Of a stretch of 64,000 nucleotides of DNA, positions 47,155-56,659 are shown piece by piece (the first letter of the stretch is position 1; the number at the start of each line of letters is the position of its first letter). The position numbers and the translations under genes were made by a program. This DNA comes from a virus, in IMG/VR virus record IMGVR_UViG_3300045976_000117, positions 10,299-74,298 of that record. One strand, written 5' to 3'. Below the pieces are notes generated by a model. The model worked only from the letters and a program-made list of their open reading frames with translations. It ran no database searches and was not told the DNA's origin.

Positions 47155-47591
47155 GACGGCTTCTTATCACCGGATCACGGATGTGGGCTGACTGGGATAT
47201 TATCTACCATGCCCTCGCCGCGGAGTGGCTGCTGTTCGTGGAGAAACCCATACTCGTTTCCGGGCATTGCCCTCCGCGGAAAGATGAGAAAAACACTCCC
47301 GGCGCTGACTACATCTGTGAGTACTACTGGAATAACTGGGGAGGGCCAATAGAACGATACCCTGCTAAGTGGCGAGAGAATGGAGTACTAAATCGGGCAG
47401 CCGGTTTCGAGCGTAATCACTATATGGCCAATCTGCCGGATGTCTACAAGTGTCTAGCATTTCAGCTAGACGGCTCCGGCGGCACTCAGAATTGTGTGGA
47501 CGAAGCACGAAAGAACAACATACCTGTCAATATTTATGAGCGATGGAGCGTATACAGTGACGAGTCGCAAAGAAATAAGTTACCGATTTGA
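47151..47591 (+). CDS. SLOG/YspA-related (DUF2493-like) protein
   Basis: LITGSR.W.D...LVSG...GAD...AAGFERN..M...LAF.....GT. Confidence 0.85.
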   Translation: MRRLLITGSRMWADWDIIYHALAAEWLLFVEKPILVSGHCPPRKDEKNTPGADYICEYYWNNWGGPIERYPAKWRENGVLNRAAGFERNHYMANLPDVYKCLAFQLDGSGGTQNCVDEARKNNIPVNIYERWSVYSDESQRNKLPI

Positions 47592-48017
47592 GTCATGGCT
47601 CCCTGACTGGTTCACTCCCTGGGTCGCACTCGTAATTATTTGTCTTGGTACCGGCTTTTTGGTGATTATTTCATGATTCATAATAAACATCAGCGCTCCA
47701 TGCTCCGCGTACCAGTTCACGTGCTTATCGGCGTTCAGCCACGGGCCGGACTTGGATGGGAGTGGGACTGCAAATTTGAAAGCTGCCGCGGGAGAGGAGT
47801 CACTATCAATCGTGACGAAGCATATGACGCCGGAGTGACACACTGGCATAAAGCGCATGCCGCCACGGGAGGAGGTATCAAGAATGAGTGATGAGACCAG
47901 CCAGCCTATTCAGCCGGGCAAAGATCAGCCTAACGGTCAAAAGGATAAAGGCAACTTGGACGAACCTGCCCATTCAGGGAACAAAGATAATGGAGATGTC
48001 CGGCCAGAGGAGGAACG

Positions 48018-48278
48018 ATGACGAGCCCTGTGCCTCGAACTGTTGCCTTAGGTGGCGTGTATCGTCACTACAAAGGTGACCATTACGTGGTGCTCTTCAT
48101 CGGCAAAGACTCCAATAACGATCGCAACGGTGAACCAACAGTAGTCTATATGTCGATGGACGAGCCTTGCCGTGGTGCTGTCCGTGTGCGCCAGCTGGAC
48201 GAGTTTCTTGAGCAGGTATCGGTTGACGGTCGGAGGGTCAACCGGTTCGAATTTCTCTATCTGGCTAAGAGGATGTGA
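48018..48278 (+). CDS. DUF1653-family protein
   Basis: YRHYKG..Y.V...VVY...VR...EF...RF. Confidence 0.85.
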   Translation: MTSPVPRTVALGGVYRHYKGDHYVVLFIGKDSNNDRNGEPTVVYMSMDEPCRGAVRVRQLDEFLEQVSVDGRRVNRFEFLYLAKRM

Positions 48279-48417
48279 AAGATGAAGTGCTACCACGGTG
48301 ATGGCAATGAAGAAGAACTGAATAAATTAGTTCAAACTGGCGAGCTAACGCAGCATGACGCTGACGCTATTCGAGGTCTTAGAAATTTTTTACGAGAGCA
48401 GGCGAGGAAAGAAAATA

Positions 48418-48777
48418 ATGACCCTCTACGTGGATAACGTTAATATCCCCGCGGTGGTACCTAATCCCTGGACTGGCCGCGCGGTACGAGGCAAGTGGTG
48501 TCATCTCATATCCGACCTTCTTGACCCTGAGCTTGAGTTGCATCCTTTCGCAGTAAATGTCCTTGGATTGAAGAAAGCCTATTTTCAGCAAGGTACTGGC
48601 CTCCGCGGTGAGTACTGCCCTGGGCACGATCATTATGACCTAGTGGAAAGTAAGCGAAATCTCGCCATCAAGCACGGCGCCCGGCCTATCTCAGCGGTCC
48701 AACTGGGGCAGATCACCGTCATGAAGACAGAGTTATGGCGTGCACTGGTAGCCGCGAAAGCACAAGAACTAGCGTGA
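48418..48777 (+). CDS. DUF4031-family protein
   Basis: M.LYVD...WCHLISD...ELH.FA...FQ...HYDL...KR..AI..GA. Confidence 0.85.
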   Translation: MTLYVDNVNIPAVVPNPWTGRAVRGKWCHLISDLLDPELELHPFAVNVLGLKKAYFQQGTGLRGEYCPGHDHYDLVESKRNLAIKHGARPISAVQLGQITVMKTELWRALVAAKAQELA

Positions 48778-48948
48778 CTGAAGACCTTGAGCACTTCGTG
48801 CAAAAGCATGTAGACGGATGCAGTGCCGCACTGGTCGTAGACGGCAATGCGGACGAAATAATAACCCGCTTGCTAGCGGCTGGCTGGACGTGGGCTGATC
48901 GATCGTCCGTGCACTGCGCTGGCAAGCGGGTTAGATATTTATGTCCTC

Positions 48949-49662
48949 CTAGGGGGTCGACTGACCGGCCGGAGCCGGAGGGGCAGCTCCTTTAGATCTG
49001 GTCTTCTTTGGCCCCGTGTTGCCTCCTGAGGCAGTCTTCTTGTTGCCTGCCGACGTTCCTGTACCTTGACCTCCTGGGTGCTCCCAGCAGTTATCAGAGG
49101 CGTTCTTGACCGGCCGGTTACAGGGTGAGCCGTCTTGTGTCGGAGCTCCACACCTGTGCCCTGCTGACTTCTGCGGAGGCTTGGGCTGTTGCCGCTGACG
49201 TGGCTGCTTGGGCGGCTGACTGACGTTCTGAGCCTTCTTCAGCTTGGCCCGGTCGGACGGCTCCCCAAAGCAGTAAGCCGTCAGCATGGAGACGCCCTCC
49301 GCTGCGAGACCCAGCTCTGTAGCGGCAGTCCATGAGACAAATTCGACAGTGGCCAGAGTAAGCGCAGTAGCAGCTATCGCCACACCCAACACCGCGGCAA
49401 TTGTCCCCCGGCGCGGCTTGCGCCGATAGGTGTGCCCTCGAGGCAGCCGAGTAGTCCGACGACGGCGCTGAGCAGGTGTGGTCTGCTGGCCGTTCCCTCC
49501 GAGGTTGATGTTGATAGGTCTCTTCGGCCTGGCCAGCTTCTGAGCACGGCGCTTGCGGTTCCAATGAAAGAGCCGCTCCCTCAGCGTGGGGTGAGAAATT
49601 TGTCCGGTGAAACTCGTTGGCGGGGGAGCCGGAGCCGTCGCCTTCTTCGTCGCCATTACCAC
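48949..49662 (-). CDS. Basic membrane protein with a C-terminal CGA.T..G.PC...C..H zinc knuckle
   Basis: TM segment; RCGAPTQDGSPC...CWEHPGG resembles the HGGxSTG motif family. Confidence 0.65.
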   Translation of the reverse strand: MVMATKKATAPAPPPTSFTGQISHPTLRERLFHWNRKRRAQKLARPKRPININLGGNGQQTTPAQRRRRTTRLPRGHTYRRKPRRGTIAAVLGVAIAATALTLATVEFVSWTAATELGLAAEGVSMLTAYCFGEPSDRAKLKKAQNVSQPPKQPRQRQQPKPPQKSAGHRCGAPTQDGSPCNRPVKNASDNCWEHPGGQGTGTSAGNKKTASGGNTGPKKTRSKGAAPPAPAGQSTP

Positions 49663-49909
49663 CTGGTTCCGTCCATGCTTTGATGATCTATCCCTTGCGT
49701 CTCATGACCGGACAGCTCAGCACATACCTGCCAATCGTCCGTAGGGGCAAACGGGTGGCCAGTCCGGTCACCACACCTCTGAGCAGGGATGACACTGGAA
49801 TCCTGATCGGCTTGACGAGCCATGCTAACCTCCGCGGGGACTGGACATCTTACGGTGTGTCAGAATACAGTTTCAGAATTGTAACCCGCAATGAGGGAGG
49901 AGTGTCCAC

Positions 49910-50449
49910 GTGTCCAGTCTGGTTGTCGATGACCGGCAGCTAATAGAGGTGCTGTGCTCACCGATGACCGAGACAGCACGGGCCGAAGCATTGGGGCTGA
50001 CCAGGCCTAGTTACTACCGGCTGCTTGACCGGCTCAATCGAGAGGGCATCCTCCGACGCCGTGGGGACTTGGACGCAGACATGTCACTCCGTGGTGCCCA
50101 CCCTCGGACACGACACTCTGGCACTCATCATGCGCCGGTACTACGCATCACGTGGTCTGACGACACTGGTCAGTGGGAAGTGCAAGGGGCTCTGCTCGAC
50201 AAGTGGCAAGACGAAACTCACAACAATGTGGCTGTCGTTATCCGGTACCACAATCCGGACATTGTTACTTTCGCTTTTGAGGTACGGCCTGTCAATCGGT
50301 GGTCTACTGCAAGCACATTGACTCATCTGCCTATTTATCTTCCATGGGCCCGTTTGCACCCGGAAGTTTTGAGAAAACTCACCATCGCCATAGCCAGACT
50401 TATTGACGCGGAGGCCATAATTGCGCCGGAGAATGGGAGCATGGGATAG
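49910..50449 (+). CDS. Winged-helix transcriptional regulator
   Basis: GGAGG RBS; AEALGLTRPSYYRLLDRLNREGIL. Confidence 0.7.
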   Translation: MSSLVVDDRQLIEVLCSPMTETARAEALGLTRPSYYRLLDRLNREGILRRRGDLDADMSLRGAHPRTRHSGTHHAPVLRITWSDDTGQWEVQGALLDKWQDETHNNVAVVIRYHNPDIVTFAFEVRPVNRWSTASTLTHLPIYLPWARLHPEVLRKLTIAIARLIDAEAIIAPENGSMG

Positions 50450-50541
50450 GACATTAATAGTTGTCGAGGGTATCATCTGGCTTATCTTTAGCCTGGCCCT
50501 CGTCAGTATGGTATTTCACATTCACTGAAAGGAGCATACCT

Positions 50542-50850
50542 GTGGAGGAAGGGAAACCTCAGGAAGAGAGACCTTGGACACCTGAGGAGACCGCTGTCTA
50601 CGCGCTGGCTGAGGCCATGGCATACCGTGCCAATCCGTTGGACCCTCACATGACGAAAGACATTTTCGAACGTGCCCAAGAGATTATTCGAGGTACGCTC
50701 GACATTGCCGGGCGCCGGTTTGTGGTACTGGTCCGGGATTCTGAGGCCGATGCTGAGCGACTGGCACTGGCGTGTGGTAAGAATGGTAGTGGCCATATCA
50801 GTGAGGGACTACGGGCCATTGCCAAGCTCACGGAGCTACCTGTCGATTAG
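50542..50850 (+). CDS. Hypothetical protein
   Basis: AAGGAG RBS before GTG. Confidence 0.55.
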   Translation: MEEGKPQEERPWTPEETAVYALAEAMAYRANPLDPHMTKDIFERAQEIIRGTLDIAGRRFVVLVRDSEADAERLALACGKNGSGHISEGLRAIAKLTELPVD

Positions 50851-50884
50851 GGAAGCTAAGCCCTGACGGGGCAGGGCCTAGCTA

Positions 50885-51460
50885 TCAGACGTAATTCTTA
50901 TAACCCAGTGACGCTGAAGGTCCGTCTTGACCCTGATATTTGCTGTCAAGTTCAGGGTGTCCATAGGGTCGTGCTGATGGACTGGACATCGCAATAATGG
51001 ATAGCTGACCTATCCACATGTCAGGCCATAAGAATACAGGCATCATGCCGATGTTCGATATCTCGAGGGTGATGTTGCCCTTAAAGCCAGGGTCAATAAA
51101 TCCCGCAGTGGAATGTACCTGAATACCGAGACGGCCATTGCTGCTCTTGCCCTCGATCCTCGCGGCGAGATCATCCGGCAAGGTAATCCTCTCGAGAGTA
51201 GACCCGAGAACAAAATGACCTGGCTGAAGAATATACGTATCAGCAATCAATTCTTTGGTGATATCGGTTTGAGCCGCCAGCGGGTCGATGTGAGTAAACT
51301 TAGTGCAGTCGAATACTCGAAACCGATTACTCAACCTGACATCTATCCCCGCGGGCTGAATCTGCTTACTGAGTGGCACCTCGCCTAGGTCGATGACTGG
51401 GTCAATGACTATTTTTTGCTGATAGAGTGCACGGCGTAAGTCACGGTCTGATAAAATCAC
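50885..51460 (-). CDS. dcd: dCTP deaminase
   Basis: ILSDRD, QIQPA.IDVRL, EGKSS.GRLG..VHSTAGFIDPGF.G.ITLE, SKYQGQ. Confidence 0.95.
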   Translation of the reverse strand: MILSDRDLRRALYQQKIVIDPVIDLGEVPLSKQIQPAGIDVRLSNRFRVFDCTKFTHIDPLAAQTDITKELIADTYILQPGHFVLGSTLERITLPDDLAARIEGKSSNGRLGIQVHSTAGFIDPGFKGNITLEISNIGMMPVFLWPDMWIGQLSIIAMSSPSARPYGHPELDSKYQGQDGPSASLGYKNYV

Positions 51461-51642
51461 CAGACACCTACCAAGACATAAGGAATGATATGGGTCAGCC
51501 AAAGACTGAAGAGAAACGCTGTCCCCAGAACAACCACCAGAAGAATTAATTGAGTCCATGGCGGCAGTGACCGTGCAGTGTTGTCGATCCAATCGAGTAT
51601 CTTGTAAGTGCGAGAATTGGTGTCGAGGTCAATCATGGGCAT
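51457..51642 (-). CDS. Small membrane protein
   Basis: AAGGAG RBS; TM helix; GTGA overlap. Confidence 0.6.
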   Translation of the reverse strand: MPMIDLDTNSRTYKILDWIDNTARSLPPWTQLILLVVVLGTAFLFSLWLTHIIPYVLVGVW

Positions 51643-51650
51643 GCTCCTTC

Positions 51651-52151
51651 TCAGTCAATAGCCGGACTCATGTTCGGTGGGACATAGGTATCAGGTTTGA
51701 GTATTTTTCCGTCCTCTCTAACTTGATATGTTCCATCTGAATGAATCTTGGCCATGTTGCTGCGGTGAACCAGCCTAAAGGCCGTGTCAAGGTTGATACC
51801 CGGACGCTGAGCGGTACCAAAGCAAACATACACGAGATCGGCAAGCTCCTTGGCCAGCTTGTGAGAGTCACCGGTCTGGACATAAAAATGAAGAGCCTCG
51901 ATAACCTCGTCGTATTCCTCTGCTATAAGTTTTTCTCGAAGAGCTGCCCACTCTTCCCTATCCCTGGAATCGCCCCCAGTAGCTTCCGACCATTCATCCA
52001 ACATGGCTGCGTAACTTGTCCTGGAGATATCATCATATAGAGTCAAACATTCAGCCAAAGCACGCATGACCCGTCCTTCACGTCTATGCTCCATGCCGGC
52101 AAGTTCATCTAACCTGCTTATCACCTTAGGCGGTATTTGATCGACTCTCAT
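51651..52151 (-). CDS. MazG-like nucleotide pyrophosphohydrolase
   Basis: LI.EEY.E...KELADLVYV..G...VHRSNM.K...REDGKILK. Confidence 0.9.
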   Translation of the reverse strand: MRVDQIPPKVISRLDELAGMEHRREGRVMRALAECLTLYDDISRTSYAAMLDEWSEATGGDSRDREEWAALREKLIAEEYDEVIEALHFYVQTGDSHKLAKELADLVYVCFGTAQRPGINLDTAFRLVHRSNMAKIHSDGTYQVREDGKILKPDTYVPPNMSPAID

Positions 52152-52345
52152 ATTACTTACTCCTAATCTTCGTTATGTCGAGAACAATCGTGATTCTCTG
52201 ATGCCATGACATGGGCACACTCCGGGCATCTGATCCAGAAATTACACTCAACACATCTAAGTAGTACGGCATTACCGCATCTCTTTGACCTCCCTCATGC
52301 CCTGACAAGTATTGCATCGTTCTTTACGAACTTTGATTTCAGTCA

Positions 52346-52879
52346 TCACTGACCACTTCCTAAATGTGCTAATTCTTTAGCTAGTTGTTTGTAACTACGT
52401 CGTTTCACCGCGTTGACACAGTAACCAAATTCTTGGACGATATCCTTATGGTCCATACCAGCCCAAAATTTAAGAAAAATATATTTGCGATAAGTAGGAA
52501 TGAGATTATTCACCGTGGCTGCTATTTCCCCATGGTGATAAGCCATCTCTACTTCATCTAATGCCGCGGCTCTGCCCAGAATATCCTCAACAAATTCGGG
52601 CACTAAATCAAACGATACCGTGTCATAAGATGACCGGCTCTGAGTTTGGTCCTTTCGGATGACATCTAGCATGGCGTACTCAGCCTTGCGTTTGAGCCAT
52701 GTGTCTAATGAACATCCTTTGCCGTCTTCCCATGTCGGAATAGCTCGCCATATTGCAATCCATCCTTCTTGAGCTAGATCCTCAGCACGGGATAAGTTCT
52801 GTTTACACATTGATCTAGCAACTTTTCGAAGCCATGGCCGGTACTTTTGTAACAACTCTTTTTGCTCTTGTTCGGTCAC
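52346..52879 (-). CDS. RNA polymerase sigma factor (sigma70 family, regions 2 and 4)
   Basis: AEDLAQEG.IAIW.A...W; C-terminal HTH. Confidence 0.85.
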   Translation of the reverse strand: MTEQEQKELLQKYRPWLRKVARSMCKQNLSRAEDLAQEGWIAIWRAIPTWEDGKGCSLDTWLKRKAEYAMLDVIRKDQTQSRSSYDTVSFDLVPEFVEDILGRAAALDEVEMAYHHGEIAATVNNLIPTYRKYIFLKFWAGMDHKDIVQEFGYCVNAVKRRSYKQLAKELAHLGSGQ

Positions 52880-53348
52880 CGTTCATTTCCCCCTCAAATT
52901 CTTTCCACGAAGTCAATCGTAATTCCCGCAATAACTGCTGTGCAGGAGGATTGATGAGGTACTGGTACCCGCGGAGCATGGCTGCCGGATCATCGCGGAG
53001 CCAGCCTAGGTGCTGATTACACTTGGAGCACAGTAGCCCGCGGACGCACTTGCCACATGAGGTGGGCCCTGCACAGCATTTATGGTTATGGTCGATTGCG
53101 AGTCGCTTTTTCCGGCCAGTGGCTCGCTGACACCAGGCACACCTACCTTTCTGGTACCTGAACAACTTGGCATAGACACCGGTGACGAGGCCATAGACTC
53201 GCTGGGCCATGGCCTCATGATTTGCTTTTTTCTGCCGACGTTTGTGCTCCACATTGCAGGTATGACATCTTGGGCCTGGGAATGGTGCCGGTCTTTTTCG
53301 ATGGTTCTTGTCATCGAGCGCGTTGATGCAGATATTTGAGTTTGTCAT
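52815..53348 (-). CDS. Endonuclease VII (Holliday junction resolvase)
   Basis: YG......L...Q.G.CA.C...LAIDHNH...VRGLLC..CN..LG. Confidence 0.92.
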   Translation of the reverse strand: MTNSNICINALDDKNHRKRPAPFPGPRCHTCNVEHKRRQKKANHEAMAQRVYGLVTGVYAKLFRYQKGRCAWCQRATGRKKRLAIDHNHKCCAGPTSCGKCVRGLLCSKCNQHLGWLRDDPAAMLRGYQYLINPPAQQLLRELRLTSWKEFEGEMNGDRTRAKRVVTKVPAMASKSC

Positions 53349-53366
53349 TGTTTATGCCTTAAGGAA

Positions 53367-53384
53367 GGGGCCCCGAAGGGCCCC
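53367..53384 (-). terminator. GC hairpin with a UUCG loop after the SSB gene
   Basis: GGGGCCC-TTCG-GGGCCCC; weak T tract. Confidence 0.55.
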
Positions 53385-53403
53385 GTTTGATTCCTCTCTT
53401 TCC

Positions 53404-54690
53404 CTACTGTTGGGGCTGACCCTGTGGATAAGGAGAAGTCAAAGGCTGCTGCGGCGACGGACCGAACGGATGTCCCTGGTTCTGTGCCTGCCACGGAGGG
53501 GGCTGCTGCCCCTGCGGTGCTGGCGCAGCCTGAGCAGGCCCTTGTGACTGCCACGGCGCTGCCTGAGCAGCGGGTTGCTGTGACTGTGGCGCTGGCGCTT
53601 GCTGTTGCCACGGAGCGGCAGCCTGAGGCTGAGCCGGTCCGTGCTGCATCCACGGGGCCTGTCCCTGGGGCTGTGGTGCCCCCTGTGGAGCGGGCTGATA
53701 CTGCGGCTGTTGCGGTTGCTGGCCACCATTGGTCGGAGCGTTGGGCGTGCTGGCCACGAACGCGGCAGCCTGTTGCAATTGCTGAGCACCCTGGGAAGGA
53801 GCCTGAGCCGGAGCCTGCTCAGTAAATTGCTGAGCCATCAAACCCTGGTCAGACTGAACATAATCGGCAGGCGGCGGGATGTATTCACACTGATACAGAG
53901 TTGACTTAGTATTGCCTTTATTCACTCGCTCCCCTGTACGAGTGAAATAAATTTGTGCACCTGGACGGAAATTCAGATCGTTAGGCGATGATGTTCGAAC
54001 TGCCAATGCCGCGGCCTGGAATCTGGTAGATCCATCCTTGAGTTCAATAGTGCGAATACCAGTGTCGTCCTGCTTACCAGGAATCCGTTCATCAGTTTGA
54101 ACGATCAGGTGCTTGCACATGATCGGCTGACCCTTTTTATTTCCCCATGTCCAGAAAGCGGGCTCTTGAGTGCCGAACACCTTGGCAGTATCGGTGCCCA
54201 CCGCAAGAATGGTACCTCCACGACGATATCCGGTGCATGCCGGGTCAGACCAGGTCATAAAAGGAGCGACACCACCAGTTCGAAATACCTGAACATCCTC
54301 GAGCATGGGGTCATTACCAGAATCTGGATCGTGCTGGTCTGGCAATGCAGAGCCTTGCTCTTGCTGTGGAGTGCCCTGTACCGAACCGGGCTGACCAACA
54401 GGCTGGTAGCCGTTCTGCTGCGGAGCCTGAGGCTGGTACGGCCCCTGTTGTGGAGCCTGAGGCTGGTAGCCGTTCTGCTGGGGCTGGTACTGGCCTTGCT
54501 GGGGCGCGGCTTGCTGGTAAGGGGCTGGGCCCTGAGGCTGAGGCTGATAGCCGCCATTCTGAGGCGCAGGCTGGTAACCCTGAGGCTGTGGCTGGTAGCC
54601 CTGTTGCGGAGCTTGAGGCTGGTAGCCACCGTTCTGTGGTGCCTGAGGCTGGTACTGGCCCTGTTGCTGCACGTAAGGAGCCTGTGTCAT
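53404..54690 (-). CDS. Putative ssDNA-binding protein with long Gln/Pro-rich disordered arms
   Basis: Central GGTI...VQTDER....DD.G.R...GA....RTG domain; YQPQAPQ repeats. Confidence 0.7.
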   Translation of the reverse strand: MTQAPYVQQQGQYQPQAPQNGGYQPQAPQQGYQPQPQGYQPAPQNGGYQPQPQGPAPYQQAAPQQGQYQPQQNGYQPQAPQQGPYQPQAPQQNGYQPVGQPGSVQGTPQQEQGSALPDQHDPDSGNDPMLEDVQVFRTGGVAPFMTWSDPACTGYRRGGTILAVGTDTAKVFGTQEPAFWTWGNKKGQPIMCKHLIVQTDERIPGKQDDTGIRTIELKDGSTRFQAAALAVRTSSPNDLNFRPGAQIYFTRTGERVNKGNTKSTLYQCEYIPPPADYVQSDQGLMAQQFTEQAPAQAPSQGAQQLQQAAAFVASTPNAPTNGGQQPQQPQYQPAPQGAPQPQGQAPWMQHGPAQPQAAAPWQQQAPAPQSQQPAAQAAPWQSQGPAQAAPAPQGQQPPPWQAQNQGHPFGPSPQQPLTSPYPQGQPQQ

Positions 54691-54707
54691 GACGTGATCT
54701 CTCTTTC

Positions 54708-56636
54708 TTAACTGTGAGTTAGTTCGTTGTACTTACTGGTTGCTGCCGTGTTGAAATCTGGATGCCATCCATTCGAGCCATATGCCGCGATGACCTGGTT
54801 ATAGATGGCATTCAATCGGTCCGTACTTTTGGACTCATTGATAGCTTTGATTACCCCCTCGAATGTCAGATCAATAACGCCATTAGTAGATGCGGCTACC
54901 TCACTAACTACCTCCGGTTGCTGAACATTTCCAACCGGTGCCCGGCCACTCATCTCTCGCTGCTTGTTCAACAGAGGTACCAGCATCTCCGCGAGAGGCT
55001 TCTTGTGACGCTTGAGATCCGGAGAGTCCATAGGAATTGTCTGACCGGACGCAAGATAAATAAGCTCCTGTAGCCGTGGCTTAGGTAACTGAGCCAGATC
55101 AAGGATCTCAGCTTCCGGGTCGACACCACCCGGAGGTACCTCGAGAAGCTCCTTGAGATGTTCCGCGGGGGACATCTTGTCAAGAGCACTCTTCGGTGCC
55201 GGAGGACGGGTGTCAGGTACACCTTCGGGCTTCTCGTCAGGAGATACCTGGCTGTCGATCCCCGCATGAACGGTGTGTGGGGTACCTGGTCCTACTACCG
55301 GCTGGCCGGGTGGCTGATTCGGAGCCGGAGGTAAGCCAGAATTTCCCTGTCGGGGATGCTGCTTCTGAGACAATGCCTCCGCGGCCTGACGATTGAGCTC
55401 GGCAACCTGCTCGGTGTTGAGCTGTTGACCGGACGCTATGGCCTGATCAACGATCGCACCGACTAGAGCACTACCGCTCGAGGCATAAGGCGCGACGGAC
55501 TTAATAACCTGCTCAGGATCAGCCTGAGGTTGAGTCGGCTGGATTATGCCATTAGGCATAGGAGCTTCTTGGGAAGAGTTCTGTGCTTGCCATTCATTGA
55601 CCGGCTGAGGTTGCCCAGACACCATGCCACTAAAGACAGGTCCAGGTGCAGGATCTGCAATAGTCGCCGGAATGATCCCGTTAGCTACAGCCACATCGCC
55701 ATTAGTATTCACCGGAGCCGGAGGCGTCCAATTGGCATCGCTGATGAATGGAGTAACAACAATAGGTGTCTGTCGCCATGCTCTCATCGTCTCTACCGCG
55801 TGGACACCGGCTAAACCTACATTGATTGGAAATCTAAGAATGCACTTGCTGATGTCCGTCTCAGCACCCTTGCCGGGCCGTACATGTACTACAAGAGCTA
55901 CGTCAGTACGAACCTTAGGCATAGGCTCCCATTGACCCGTATCGTAGTTGAAAATACAATCAGCATTACCATAGTAAGCGAGTTGAATCACTATATTTTC
56001 TGGATGTCCGATCGGATCTTCTCCAGTTTTTAAGTCCAAAACATACAGGTCCCCTGTAGGAATATGTTCAACAATGCAATCGATCTTACCTCCACGGTTG
56101 TAGAGAATTGAATACACTACTCGTTCAATATACTGGGGGAGGATCCTCAGCTGATGAAATTCAAGAGCCGCGGCGACAGCTTTAATATCATCATGAAAGT
56201 ATGGAGCTAATTTCTCCAATGGCACGCCGTGCAGAAAAAACTGTTCGAACACTGCGTGCTGCGCGGTGCCATAATTAGCTCCGGCGTTGCCCCCTGCTTG
56301 AATATATGCAGCATCACAAACTTCAGACAGAATCTTTTTACTGCCAATAGGATCGACTTCCATGCCGCTGTGGGCAACTGCGGCACGAGCACCAAGATCC
56401 GGACGATAACCTACACCAGCTGCTATTTTGCGTTCACGATCTTTTTGAAGGCCGTAACTGCTGCTTCCCAAACTGGCCATAGTGGTAACCCGTGTGCGTC
56501 CCTCCCTCTTGCCAGTCACCGGGTGTGGCAGGATGTACCGCCCATGGCCGTCCCGTGGGAGACCATCGCCGGAGATATCTCCTGACGGCATGAGTTGCTC
56601 TTCGAGCAAAGAATCAGCTTGCGTGTCAACTGACAT
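54708..56636 (-). CDS. PD-(D/E)xK exonuclease (RecE/Cas4-like) with a long Pro/Gln-rich extension
   Basis: RVTT, GTA.H...E, GKID, LDLKTG and QLAYY motifs. Confidence 0.8.
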   Translation of the reverse strand: MSVDTQADSLLEEQLMPSGDISGDGLPRDGHGRYILPHPVTGKREGRTRVTTMASLGSSSYGLQKDRERKIAAGVGYRPDLGARAAVAHSGMEVDPIGSKKILSEVCDAAYIQAGGNAGANYGTAQHAVFEQFFLHGVPLEKLAPYFHDDIKAVAAALEFHQLRILPQYIERVVYSILYNRGGKIDCIVEHIPTGDLYVLDLKTGEDPIGHPENIVIQLAYYGNADCIFNYDTGQWEPMPKVRTDVALVVHVRPGKGAETDISKCILRFPINVGLAGVHAVETMRAWRQTPIVVTPFISDANWTPPAPVNTNGDVAVANGIIPATIADPAPGPVFSGMVSGQPQPVNEWQAQNSSQEAPMPNGIIQPTQPQADPEQVIKSVAPYASSGSALVGAIVDQAIASGQQLNTEQVAELNRQAAEALSQKQHPRQGNSGLPPAPNQPPGQPVVGPGTPHTVHAGIDSQVSPDEKPEGVPDTRPPAPKSALDKMSPAEHLKELLEVPPGGVDPEAEILDLAQLPKPRLQELIYLASGQTIPMDSPDLKRHKKPLAEMLVPLLNKQREMSGRAPVGNVQQPEVVSEVAASTNGVIDLTFEGVIKAINESKSTDRLNAIYNQVIAAYGSNGWHPDFNTAATSKYNELTHS

Positions 56637-56659
56637 ATTTATTTTCCTTTCCTATCACC

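Noticed and set aside
33341-50850. A complete autonomous AICE inserted in the phage
   Set aside because: No integrase, excisionase, RepSA or att-like flanking repeats seen, and operators are shared with promoters outside the module; cannot be fully excluded without the whole genome
53424-54711. Long plus-strand ORFs (53424..53825, 54097..54711, 54345..54692)
   Set aside because: Antisense shadows of the repetitive Gln/Pro-coding SSB gene
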